64,000 nucleotides of DNA from positions 15,821-79,820 of the forward strand of contig CAZFKS010000003.1 of the NCBI GenBank assembly GCA_964519725.1, given 5' to 3'. The DNA comes from an uncultured Gammaproteobacteria bacterium. GTDB taxonomy: Bacteria; Patescibacteriota; Patescibacteriia; Magasanikbacterales; UBA922. The notes under the pieces were generated by a model that saw only the letters and a list, made by a program, of their open reading frames with translations, made no database searches and was not told where the DNA came from. Shown piece after piece: positions 28,380 to 36,684 of the stretch (within the stretch, counting starts at the first letter, position 1; every line of letters begins with the position of its first letter). Both the position numbers and the translations under genes were made by a program.

Positions 28380-29816
28380 TTAATTTTCTAGAATTTTGAG
28401 GATAGCTTGGCGGAGTTTTTTCTGGTCTACAATTTCCTGGTTACCAGACTCCATATTCCGAATCAAAACCGTACCATCTTGGACCTCTTTTTGACCCAAA
28501 ATTAAGGTGTGAGTGGTGCCGTACTTGTTGGCCAGTTCCATTTGGGTCTTGAGTGAGGCTTTGGCCAAGTTGTGACGGACCATGATTCCACCCTGGCGCA
28601 GTTCTTCAATTAATTTAAGCACACGACGACGAGCCTGTTCACCAAGTTGAGCAAAGAAAATCACTGGCTTAGTACTTGGAGCTGGGGCTTCCGCCATCTT
28701 TTGGGCGCGTTCAACCGCACTGGCCACGCGTTCGAGACCAATTGCAAACCCAGCCGCTGGAGTTGGTTGACCACCTAATTGCTCAATGAGTAAATCATAA
28801 CGACCACCACCACCCAGAGCACTTTGGGCACTTTCATCAGTACCCTCAGTGTAATATTCAAAGACTGTGTGGGTGTAATAATCAAGTCCACGCACCAAAG
28901 TTGGTGTCAAAACGTATGGAATACTTAATTCATCAAGATATTCAAGTACACTCATGAAAAAAGCTTTTGAACTTTCAGCGAGCCAGTCTACAATTTGTGG
29001 GGCCTCAGCCACCACACCCGCGCAACTTTCTACTTTACAATCTAAAACGCGAAGTGGATTTTTTAAGAGACGCTTTTTACAATCTTCACAAAGATAAGCA
29101 CGCTTACCACGCAGGTAGCCAACCAATTCAACCAAATATTGTTCCCGATCTTGTGGCGTACCAAGTGAGTTAATACGTACGGTTACATTTAAACCAAGCT
29201 CACGTAGGTAATTGTAACCAACCGCAATTAATTCTGCGTCAATCACTGGCGCTGACTCACCAATTGTTTCACAATCAAACTGGTGAAATTCACGATAACG
29301 ACCAGCTTGGGGGCGATCATAACGGAAAAGTGGACCAATACTCCACATTTTTACTGGCTGTGATTGGGTGTGTAAACCGTGCATGACAAACGCGCGCGCT
29401 ACTGAGGCAGTCATTTCTGGACGAAGCGCTAATTTACCACCATCACGATCTTCAAATACATACATTTCTTTATCAACTACATCAGTACCACGACCAACCG
29501 CGCGTACAAATAGTGACGCCATTTCTACGGTTGGCGTTTCAAAATAGTGAAAGTCGTAAGCAGTCGCAATGTTGGCGGCATTTTGCCACAACCGCAACCA
29601 CTCATCACCTTGTGGTGGCAAAATATCTTTCATGCCGCGCACCAAAGCCAATTGACTAGCCGTTTTTTTATTATCTTCAGCCGGTGCAGCGACCGCTTTT
29701 ACTGGGGCAACTTTTTTTACTGGCGCTGGTTTAGCTACTGCTTTAGCCGCCACTTTCATTGGCTTGGCTGGGGCTTTTGGCGCTAGTTTCTTTTTAACTT
29801 CTTTTTTTGGTGACAT
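28380..29816 (-). CDS. hisS: Histidyl-tRNA synthetase with a Lys/Ala/Pro-rich N-terminal extension (start likely ATG 29816)
   Basis: RGMKDILP, KEMYVFEDR, LRPEMTASVAR, FRYDRPQAGRYREFHQ, LVRGLDYYT, GGGRYD, GFAIGLER. Confidence 0.96.
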   Translation of the reverse strand: MSPKKEVKKKLAPKAPAKPMKVAAKAVAKPAPVKKVAPVKAVAAPAEDNKKTASQLALVRGMKDILPPQGDEWLRLWQNAANIATAYDFHYFETPTVEMASLFVRAVGRGTDVVDKEMYVFEDRDGGKLALRPEMTASVARAFVMHGLHTQSQPVKMWSIGPLFRYDRPQAGRYREFHQFDCETIGESAPVIDAELIAVGYNYLRELGLNVTVRINSLGTPQDREQYLVELVGYLRGKRAYLCEDCKKRLLKNPLRVLDCKVESCAGVVAEAPQIVDWLAESSKAFFMSVLEYLDELSIPYVLTPTLVRGLDYYTHTVFEYYTEGTDESAQSALGGGGRYDLLIEQLGGQPTPAAGFAIGLERVASAVERAQKMAEAPAPSTKPVIFFAQLGEQARRRVLKLIEELRQGGIMVRHNLAKASLKTQMELANKYGTTHTLILGQKEVQDGTVLIRNMESGNQEIVDQKKLRQAILKILEN

Positions 29817-29821
29817 ACAAA

Positions 29822-30427
29822 TTAGTAGGTAGGATGGGAAAAGGCAGTCAAACGTGACACTGGCCAACCGCGTAACCAGACGCGACCAACAATGTCAGCT
29901 TTATCAATCGCGCCAAAGCGGCGGGAATCAAAACTAGCATCACGATTATCCCCCATCACAAAATATTGATTTTGCCCAAGGGTGATGGTAATTGTGCCTG
30001 GGGTTTCTTCGGTTAAATAACTTTCGGTTAATACCATACCTTGCGGATTGGCGTCATTGTAGACAATTACTTTATTGCCATCCACTTTTACGCGCTCGCC
30101 AGGGAGGCCAATCACGCGTTTCAAGAAAAAATCATCAGTTGGACGGTAATGAAACACAATTACTTCACCCCGTTCTGGCTCGCGGAAACGGTAAGATAAT
30201 TCATCAATAATTAAATAATCCCGTTCTTCAAAATTTGGTTCCATGGACTGGCCTTTCACGTAAAACGGCTTGAACAAAAAGTAACGCACCAGACCAATCG
30301 TGAGACCAGCCAAAACCGCAATTTTAATAAGTTCAAACAGGACACTGCCTGCCTTACTCAAAAAACTCCGCTTTGGTTGATGGAGCTCCTCTAAGACCTC
30401 GGCATCACTAGTTTTTTCTTCTTCCAT
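29822..30427 (-). CDS. lepB: Signal peptidase I
   Basis: PFYVKGQSMEPNF, FLKRVIGLPGE, YFVMGDNRDASFDSRRFG. Confidence 0.95.
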   Translation of the reverse strand: MEEEKTSDAEVLEELHQPKRSFLSKAGSVLFELIKIAVLAGLTIGLVRYFLFKPFYVKGQSMEPNFEERDYLIIDELSYRFREPERGEVIVFHYRPTDDFFLKRVIGLPGERVKVDGNKVIVYNDANPQGMVLTESYLTEETPGTITITLGQNQYFVMGDNRDASFDSRRFGAIDKADIVGRVWLRGWPVSRLTAFSHPTY

Positions 30428-30445
30428 AGGGTATAAATTTATTTA

Positions 30446-30496
30446 AATATACTGTTTTTTTGGCCTGTTGTCAACCGCGCCAATCTGCGCCATAAT
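30446..30496. promoter_or_regulatory. Back-to-back divergent sigma70 promoters (lepB / ribB) with overlapping -35 boxes
   Basis: Minus: TTGACA (30474-30469), 17 nt, TATATT (30451-30446). Plus: TTGTCA (30468-30473), 17 nt, CATAAT (30491-30496). Confidence 0.65.
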
Positions 30497-30506
30497 GTCT
30501 AAATCT

Positions 30507-31145
30507 ATGACTTCCTCCCCTATTTCTGAGATTCTAACTGACCTGGCCGCAGGCCGACTGGTCTTGGTTTTTGATGATAATCCTGGGCGTGAGCTTGAGG
30601 CAGATTTGGTGGGCGCAGCCAGCCTCATTACCCCGGAACAGATCCGGTTTATGGCTCATTTTGGCGGTGGGATTATTTGTGTGCCCCTGACTGGCGAACG
30701 GCTAGATGCCCTGCAAATTCCAAACATGGTCAGGAACAATCACGACCCCCTAGGCACAGCTTGGACCGTGTCAGTGGATGCGCTTGGCACCGGGACTGGT
30801 ATTTCGGCTTTTGACCGGACTACTACTATTCACCGTTTGATTGACCCACAAGCAGTGAGCACAGATTTTATTCAGCCTGGCCACGTGTTTCCCCTTCGCG
30901 CCCGAGCTGGTGGTGTTTTGGAGCGGCCTGGTCACACTGAATCTTCGGTTGATTTAATGCGTTTAGCTGGCCTTGAGCCAGCGGCCGTAATTTGTGAAAT
31001 CATGTTGCCAACTGGCTACATGGCCCGCGAACCAGAAACACTTGAATTTGCGCGCGCACATAATTTGAAAATGTGCCGGATTAGTGAAATTATTGCAGCC
31101 GTGAAAAATGTTCCCACGGTCAAAACTTTGGTATACTCTAATTAA
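30507..31145 (+). CDS. ribB: 3,4-dihydroxy-2-butanone-4-phosphate synthase (start likely ATG 30507)
   Basis: VFDDNPGRELEADL, TAWTVSVDA, GTGISAFDR, PGHVFPLRA..GGVLERPGHTESSVDL.RLAG..PAAVICEI. Confidence 0.93.
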   Translation: MTSSPISEILTDLAAGRLVLVFDDNPGRELEADLVGAASLITPEQIRFMAHFGGGIICVPLTGERLDALQIPNMVRNNHDPLGTAWTVSVDALGTGTGISAFDRTTTIHRLIDPQAVSTDFIQPGHVFPLRARAGGVLERPGHTESSVDLMRLAGLEPAAVICEIMLPTGYMAREPETLEFARAHNLKMCRISEIIAAVKNVPTVKTLVYSN

Positions 31146-31159
31146 TTTTAATTAAAACT

Positions 31160-31747
31160 ATGAAAAAATCTTTGCTAGTTACCTTGGCCGCAGTCGCTTT
31201 AATTGGTGGCGGCTGTTCTAAGCCAGTTGCCCCAACCAGTACGGCAGTGGTTCCAGCTGGTTACCAGACTTATGATGCCAAGTATTACCGATTTAGCATT
31301 AGCCATCCGGCTGATTGGACTGCCACAGCAAGTGATGGGCAATCAAATATTGCCGCAGAATTTACCTCACCTCTTAAAAATTCCGCCGACACCTTTAGTG
31401 AAAATTTAAATGTTATTGAAACTGGTTTAACAGGAAAAGTTACACTTGAGGATTTTTTTGAACGCGGCCGCGCGCAAAATCAAAACGCCCAGGATTACAA
31501 AGAAATTAGTAACACTGACACAGTGCTTGATGGTTATCCAGCCAAGCGTTTGGAGTTTGAATTTACTTACCCGTTGGAAAGCGGTGCAGCTACTTTGAAT
31601 GCACACATGATTCAATACGCGGCCCTCAGTAATGCCAGTGCTTACACCATTACTTGTACACTACTGAAAGAAACTGCTAAAGAATACGTTGACACGTGCG
31701 ACAAAATGGTTGCTTCACTGAAAATTCACGCTGAGGCAAATAAATAA
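31160..31747 (+). CDS. PsbP/DcrB-like lipoprotein
   Basis: Lipobox LIGGGC; YQTY....YRFSISHPADW; ENLNV; LDGYPAKRLEF; AYTITC. Confidence 0.75.
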   Translation: MKKSLLVTLAAVALIGGGCSKPVAPTSTAVVPAGYQTYDAKYYRFSISHPADWTATASDGQSNIAAEFTSPLKNSADTFSENLNVIETGLTGKVTLEDFFERGRAQNQNAQDYKEISNTDTVLDGYPAKRLEFEFTYPLESGAATLNAHMIQYAALSNASAYTITCTLLKETAKEYVDTCDKMVASLKIHAEANK

Positions 31748-31749
31748 TC

Positions 31750-31805
31750 AAATAAAAAATCCCCCCTGATCCGTCAGTTGACGGACGAAGGGGGATTTTT
31801 TATTT
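31750..31805. terminator. Bidirectional terminator with an internal 16-bp palindrome
   Basis: AAATAAAAAATCCCCC...GGGGGATTTTTTATTT enclosing TCCGTCAGTTGACGGA (31770-31785). Confidence 0.8.
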
Positions 31806-31810
31806 TCGGT

Positions 31811-31822
31811 GTGGGCCCAGAG
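31811..31822 (-). other. Possible 3'-terminal fragment of a tRNA gene at the composition switch
   Basis: Minus strand CTCTGGGCCCAC resembles a tRNA T-stem/acceptor 3' end next to a terminator, but the expected T-loop (GGTTCGA) does not follow; GC-rich sequence begins instead. Confidence 0.3.
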
Positions 31823-32076
31823 CAACGACGTCACGAACCAGATTCACGGTACCGACGTCGCGGAGGCGCCTCCGGCAAATAATAATAACTTCGTGAACAT
31901 CCGGCCGCACTTTGACAAGATCCTCAAAGGACAACCGGACTGAGCGCCGGTCGGGTTGCATTGGGGACGCAGTCCGTGGTGACGCGTGAGCCCTTTCGCC
32001 TCACTACAGGGAGCGCACGGTAGTTCATAGACGTTGTGTCCGCGTGCCGCTTCTGGTACCAAAGCTCCGGAGGCCC

Positions 32077-32466
32077 ATGGTGAAAACGATCAGGCAAGTC
32101 AAAATTCAGGCGCACAGCCAGAGCCTCCGGAAGGCGGCCCGGTTGGTGGCAGAACAGTTGACCGAAACGCCGGCTCCGACCGGAGATTCTCCGTCACGCG
32201 ACTTCCGGAAATCCCTGGAACTTGCTCTACGTACGAGCGATCAGCGAGCCCTGGATTGGTACCGGCGCGGCCTGGAGTACGGAATGCGCGTCGCTACCGA
32301 CCTGATCTGCGACGGCACGCTCGTGTTCGCGGATGGATGGCTGACCGCACCCGGCGCGACCCGTGAGCAGCTGGTTGTGAAGAGGTGGGTCAAGCTGAAA
32401 GGCCGAGCGCGAGCGCAAAGGACGTTCAGAATCAAGCTTGCTCGTCTCGGTTTCGATACAAAGTGA
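32077..32466 (+). CDS. Hypothetical basic protein (~129 aa)
   Basis: GGAGG RBS at 32069-32073 before ATG 32077; same strand as the downstream operon. Confidence 0.6.
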   Translation: MVKTIRQVKIQAHSQSLRKAARLVAEQLTETPAPTGDSPSRDFRKSLELALRTSDQRALDWYRRGLEYGMRVATDLICDGTLVFADGWLTAPGATREQLVVKRWVKLKGRARAQRTFRIKLARLGFDTK

Positions 32467-32514
32467 ACTGCTGGCGCGCGAGTCTTCGACGTTGCGGGTC
32501 GTAGCCTCACCACG

Positions 32515-33183
32515 ATGAAGCACTCGATACAAGTGCTCACTTCCGTGGTCGGGGTGAATGGTCCGCGACTTCCTGACGTCACTGAGTCGGCCCTCGGCGC
32601 TGTCGAGATGTTGTACGACGGCGGCTCGCGCGTAGATTTCCGTGTTTCCTATCTCGCATGGCGGTCTTTGTCAGTTGTCTCTGACGGTCGCGTAGAGAGC
32701 GTTCGGCTGCAGGTCCAGCGGACGGCCTACGTGCGATTCCTTCGCCACGACAACGTCATCCTGGTTCATGGTCGCTCGCGAGCGTGGCCAACGCTCAGTG
32801 CCGTCCTATGGCCCAACCTGTCGACGCGCCCGCACATCACGGCTCCGACGTGGAGTCTACGGCCTGTCATCGAGGGCGCGTCAACCGATACGCCACTGCG
32901 GCTCCTCAATGTGAGGCTGCAGGACGTAGTCGTGGATTCGATGCTGGCTTCCACCATCGTTTTCGGGCATATTGATGCTAGCCGTCTGATTCCCCTTCTT
33001 GCACGAACACACGCACAGGTGCGAAGCTTTGAGGTTGTGGTCGAGTCCAGGCCTCCCTGCCGAGTAACGCTTCATGCGGATGGCCGGTGTCGGCTGGTCC
33101 TCGATGACAGTCCCCTCGACGCACTCGCGCGTTTTGAAGCCATAGCTAGGGAGCTTGGCTATTTCCCGAGGAGGGAGCCGTAG
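32515..33183 (+). CDS. Hypothetical protein translationally coupled to the GapS4a-like gene
   Basis: TAG stop (33181-33183) abuts the next ATG (33184); alpha/beta-looking sequence with no recognised motif. Confidence 0.65.
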   Translation: MKHSIQVLTSVVGVNGPRLPDVTESALGAVEMLYDGGSRVDFRVSYLAWRSLSVVSDGRVESVRLQVQRTAYVRFLRHDNVILVHGRSRAWPTLSAVLWPNLSTRPHITAPTWSLRPVIEGASTDTPLRLLNVRLQDVVVDSMLASTIVFGHIDASRLIPLLARTHAQVRSFEVVVESRPPCRVTLHADGRCRLVLDDSPLDALARFEAIARELGYFPRREP

Positions 33184-34089
33184 ATGGGCGGTGAGCAGGG
33201 TCAGGAGGGCTGGGCCAACATCAAGCTCTTCTCGGAGCATGCAAGGCAACTGGGCTGGAGAACGTGGGGCGGGCTTGATCGAAACGCACCCTGCGACGCC
33301 TGTCCAGCGCGCAGATCGGGTGACAAAGCGAGCCACGGCGTCGACGGGTTGTTCTCCTTCGCGTGCCCCTTCCTCCGACGAGAGCGAGCCGTAGTGGTCG
33401 ATGGAAAGCGTTATGCGATGGGCTCCGTTGGCGGTCCCGCGAAGCTGAAGGAATGGATTTCTGCGGGAACCAAAGTGGCCGACCATTTGTCTCGCTCCGC
33501 CTCTGCGCTGCAGGAACAGAGGTCGATTCCTGCGGATGTCACCACGAGCTTAGACACGTCAATCATCGCCTGGGATTGCGAGGATGGATGGGATTCTGAG
33601 AAGGCCGAGGGTTGGCTCTCGGAAAGCGTCCTCGAGCTCCGGCCGGAGAAGGCCATCCAGTCGCTGATCCTGACCAAGGACCGCCTGGACTGGCTCGCCA
33701 CGCTTTCCAACTTCTCTCGCCTCCACGAAGAACTGGAGTTGTACTACTTCCTGGAGCCCACCCCCCTGTGGCATCACGTCCTTGTGCCTGAGGCGCTTTT
33801 TTGGCATTTCATTCGCGTGAGGTACAGCGCGTTGGGTTCTGCCAAGTCCGGAGTGCTCATTCCCAACTGGCATGGTGCGCCGCTAGCCCGATCTATCCTC
33901 AAGTTCCTCGCATCCTCAGACGGACTCTCGACGGACTTGACCTTCTTCGTCCGCTCGCCGAAGCACACGGTTCCGCAAGTCACCGAGGTACTAACGACAG
34001 AACGAGACGCACTGTTACATAAGTTCGACCCGAACCGTCGGCGAGCCATTCACGTCGAACAAATGACCTCAGTGCTTTTCTCTTCCTAA
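33184..34089 (+). CDS. GapS4a-like PD-(D/E)xK nuclease (GAPS4-type anti-phage system)
   Basis: MGGE.GQEG...LGW...C..C......SHGVDGLFSFACPF...VVVDGKRY resembles the GapS4a pattern as recalled (GE...GW...C...HGID..F.Y..P....V..K). Confidence 0.55.
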   Translation: MGGEQGQEGWANIKLFSEHARQLGWRTWGGLDRNAPCDACPARRSGDKASHGVDGLFSFACPFLRRERAVVVDGKRYAMGSVGGPAKLKEWISAGTKVADHLSRSASALQEQRSIPADVTTSLDTSIIAWDCEDGWDSEKAEGWLSESVLELRPEKAIQSLILTKDRLDWLATLSNFSRLHEELELYYFLEPTPLWHHVLVPEALFWHFIRVRYSALGSAKSGVLIPNWHGAPLARSILKFLASSDGLSTDLTFFVRSPKHTVPQVTEVLTTERDALLHKFDPNRRRAIHVEQMTSVLFSS

Positions 34090-34101
34090 CGAGGGTGAAA
34101 C

Positions 34102-35175
34102 TTGAAGGCGGAGCAACACTTCCCGACTGCTTCAGACGTAGAGGCACTGCTGGCAGGGAGCAAGACGGCTGACATCCGTGCGTCGCTTGCCCCAGAAGGA
34201 ATATTCCTCGCCTGCCCAGTAGGGCGAATCCCCGAGTTCATGGGCCGCTACCTCCTTGAAGAGGACTGGTATTCCGATCTCATTGAGTCGGTCGAACAAA
34301 AGCGCCGTGGCTTCTCGATCACCGGAACGCGCGTGTCCCTACCAGCGAGCGAGGTCAGGAAGATCGTGGAGGCGCAATCTCTTGCAACGCCTCTGGTCCC
34401 AGGTCCGGATCCCATCTGGATAACGAGCCCGCATGTGACCGCTAACGTCTTTCGATTTCAGGTCGAATACGAGAAGAGAAAGGCGAACAAGGCCTCCTTT
34501 TTCCAAAGAGAACGGCGGAGCTTCTGGCTGGAGGTGTACCCGGGCGACGGCTCACCGGGCGGTGGCGCCGAAACCGACGTCGTCGGGTTCACTGCGTCCA
34601 ACGGCGACGCCCTAGCGGCCCGTCGCGCGTTCGAGGTCCTCGTGGGCAAGTACGTCGTCGACGTCCATCTCGAAGACCTGCCCCTTCCTGCGAGAGTAAC
34701 AGCTTTCGACCAGCTTCTCGCATCGGAAGGGCTTGCCACGTACCGCGTTGCAGAAAGTTGTGGGTTTACCATCCGACGCGGACATGACGAGACCGACGAC
34801 GTCGATGATGCTCAGATGCACCTCTTGAATTCTGCCATCCTTGAGGGGCGCTCCCTCCGTACCCATCCCTTCGTTGAGGATCTCATCGGAAAGAGCTACT
34901 ATTTCTCCGCGACAACATTCTGGGCGACGTCGCGGCTCCAAGTGAGTGATAACAGCGAGCTGAAGGTAGCCGTGAGCTTCAAGCAGAACCCAAAGGTCAT
35001 CTTGGTTTCCGTGGGAGGAAAGCGGACTCCGACCGAGGGCGACGGTTGGGACCATGGTGTCCCCACGAAGGCGGAAGCGTCGACCGTCGCGCTGGCATAT
35101 TGGCGGCACCTGTACTCCGTCCTGCAAGAGCAAAAGCACGTCGCAGACCAGTCCGGTCTAATTATTACTGGCTAG
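34102..35175 (+). CDS. GapS4b-like partner protein
   Basis: FPTASDVEALL...L...GIF...LL....Y..L.E..EQKRR...T; later ILEGRSL...GKSYY.S; size and position match the second GAPS4 gene. Confidence 0.5.
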   Translation: MKAEQHFPTASDVEALLAGSKTADIRASLAPEGIFLACPVGRIPEFMGRYLLEEDWYSDLIESVEQKRRGFSITGTRVSLPASEVRKIVEAQSLATPLVPGPDPIWITSPHVTANVFRFQVEYEKRKANKASFFQRERRSFWLEVYPGDGSPGGGAETDVVGFTASNGDALAARRAFEVLVGKYVVDVHLEDLPLPARVTAFDQLLASEGLATYRVAESCGFTIRRGHDETDDVDDAQMHLLNSAILEGRSLRTHPFVEDLIGKSYYFSATTFWATSRLQVSDNSELKVAVSFKQNPKVILVSVGGKRTPTEGDGWDHGVPTKAEASTVALAYWRHLYSVLQEQKHVADQSGLIITG

Positions 35176-35375
35176 CGGCAGCAGCTCTCGGAATCGGAGG
35201 GAGTCGCAGGACAGTGCGGGCGCGAGATGATCGTGCTCAGGCACGCGCAGACGTCAGCGGTGTCAGAAACCAGGCCCTCGCCGAGCCAAGCGACTTTCCT
35301 GGACATCCCGGGTGACGCCTCGTGCATCGGGTCGGTCCGTTGGCAACGGGCGTGCCGCTCGCGACTACTACCCAC

Positions 35376-36434
35376 TTACGCACGGTCCAAACTCAGCAAG
35401 TCCAGCAGCTCTCCATCAGCCGCCACGCTCGCACTCGGCATGATGAGATCTAGGTGATGACCTGTATCGTTCGGAGAGCCGTCATCGCGAAGCCCAGGGA
35501 CCTCGATGCCAAAGCCAAGGTGAGGCCCGACACATCGTTCTTCCCACGAATAGTCCAGTCCTGGAACGCTACGTATCGCGGGGTGCGTGCCGATTCCAAA
35601 CTCAGCTAGGCGATTGGCGCCCTTCTCGTCAAAGAAGCAGTACATGAGGTCATCTCGAAGCCCAGGCACATCAGCGTCTACTTCGACGATGTAGCCACTG
35701 CGAACAACGAGCCGAACGCAGGGGTCGTGCATATAACCATACTTCCGTCCGACGGGGATTGTCCCGTTGAACGCACCATCCATGACGATTACGCCATCTG
35801 CTCGTAGTGGCTTACTCGCCACTTCACCGGCAGGTAGTTCGTACTGATGGGCAGGAGTACCGTCGCAGTTCTCCCAAACATCGGATGCGAGCGTGATGTG
35901 CAGGTCAGTGCCAGCAGGGCTGGTGATGTGAAAGGCGGTCTTCTTGCCGAGCTGCGCGAGAAGCATGCTATTGCGCCGAGAAATAATGTCGCCTGGCTCT
36001 CGGAAAAAGACCGAGAAGAGTTGATCCGTTAGATCGCGCGCAAGTCGGTACTGACCGGCATCACGGATGTGCCACCGGAGATGCTCCTGAAGCCACAGCT
36101 GAGACAGGGGCGGGTCGCTGGATCGATATCTGGTCGCATAGAAGTTCAGAACCATGGGCTCATCGGGGAGTAAGCCGCAAAGTTCGTTCTCGACCGCGCC
36201 CCAGGCGCTGTCCGAGACGTCAGTCCGTAGGAGAACAGTTTTCGCGCCGGCGTCGGCGCACAACCTAGCGATGCGGCCAACTGCGCCTGTGACCGGAGCG
36301 TCGTGTAGAAGCACTACGACGTCTCGGAGAGTTCCCCGCAGATATGAGTCGAAGAAGTTTCGTGCGGCGATGTCCAGCGACGCTTGGGCATCACCGTTCA
36401 CTACTTGCCGCCAATGATGCAGTTGTATGCCCAC
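35376..36434 (-). CDS. M29-family (thermophilic metalloprotease/aminopeptidase-like) protein
   Basis: ITSPAGTDL, ELPAGEV, ADGVIVMDG, RLAEFGIGT, EERCVGPHLGFG, HHLDLI. Confidence 0.75.
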   Translation of the reverse strand: MGIQLHHWRQVVNGDAQASLDIAARNFFDSYLRGTLRDVVVLLHDAPVTGAVGRIARLCADAGAKTVLLRTDVSDSAWGAVENELCGLLPDEPMVLNFYATRYRSSDPPLSQLWLQEHLRWHIRDAGQYRLARDLTDQLFSVFFREPGDIISRRNSMLLAQLGKKTAFHITSPAGTDLHITLASDVWENCDGTPAHQYELPAGEVASKPLRADGVIVMDGAFNGTIPVGRKYGYMHDPCVRLVVRSGYIVEVDADVPGLRDDLMYCFFDEKGANRLAEFGIGTHPAIRSVPGLDYSWEERCVGPHLGFGIEVPGLRDDGSPNDTGHHLDLIMPSASVAADGELLDLLSLDRA

Positions 36435-36684
36435 TTCTTGCAGGCAGTCAGAGGCAGATTGATATCCGCTTGACGGGGCTCAAGCCCTTCGGTCGGAAGA
36501 TGGCTGCGCGGTGGATGTGCACTGCCGCCCTGCTCGTTGCCCTTCACATCCTTGATGGCAGCATTCGGTACTCGCAGCATACTAGTCTCCTGTCGGTCCT
36601 AAGGGTCGAATGCTACAGGTGACATGGCCGCGAGGCAAGCTCCTCTCCACAAGATTGTCAGCCGTCGTCCGCCATCGCGGCGCT

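Noticed and set aside
29690-29816. Histone H1-like Lys/Ala/Pro stretch as a separate gene
   Set aside because: It is in frame with hisS and best read as a low-complexity N-terminal extension.
31805-31890. Complete tRNA gene
   Set aside because: Only ~12 nt resemble a tRNA 3' end; no T-loop, anticodon arm or D-arm can be built.
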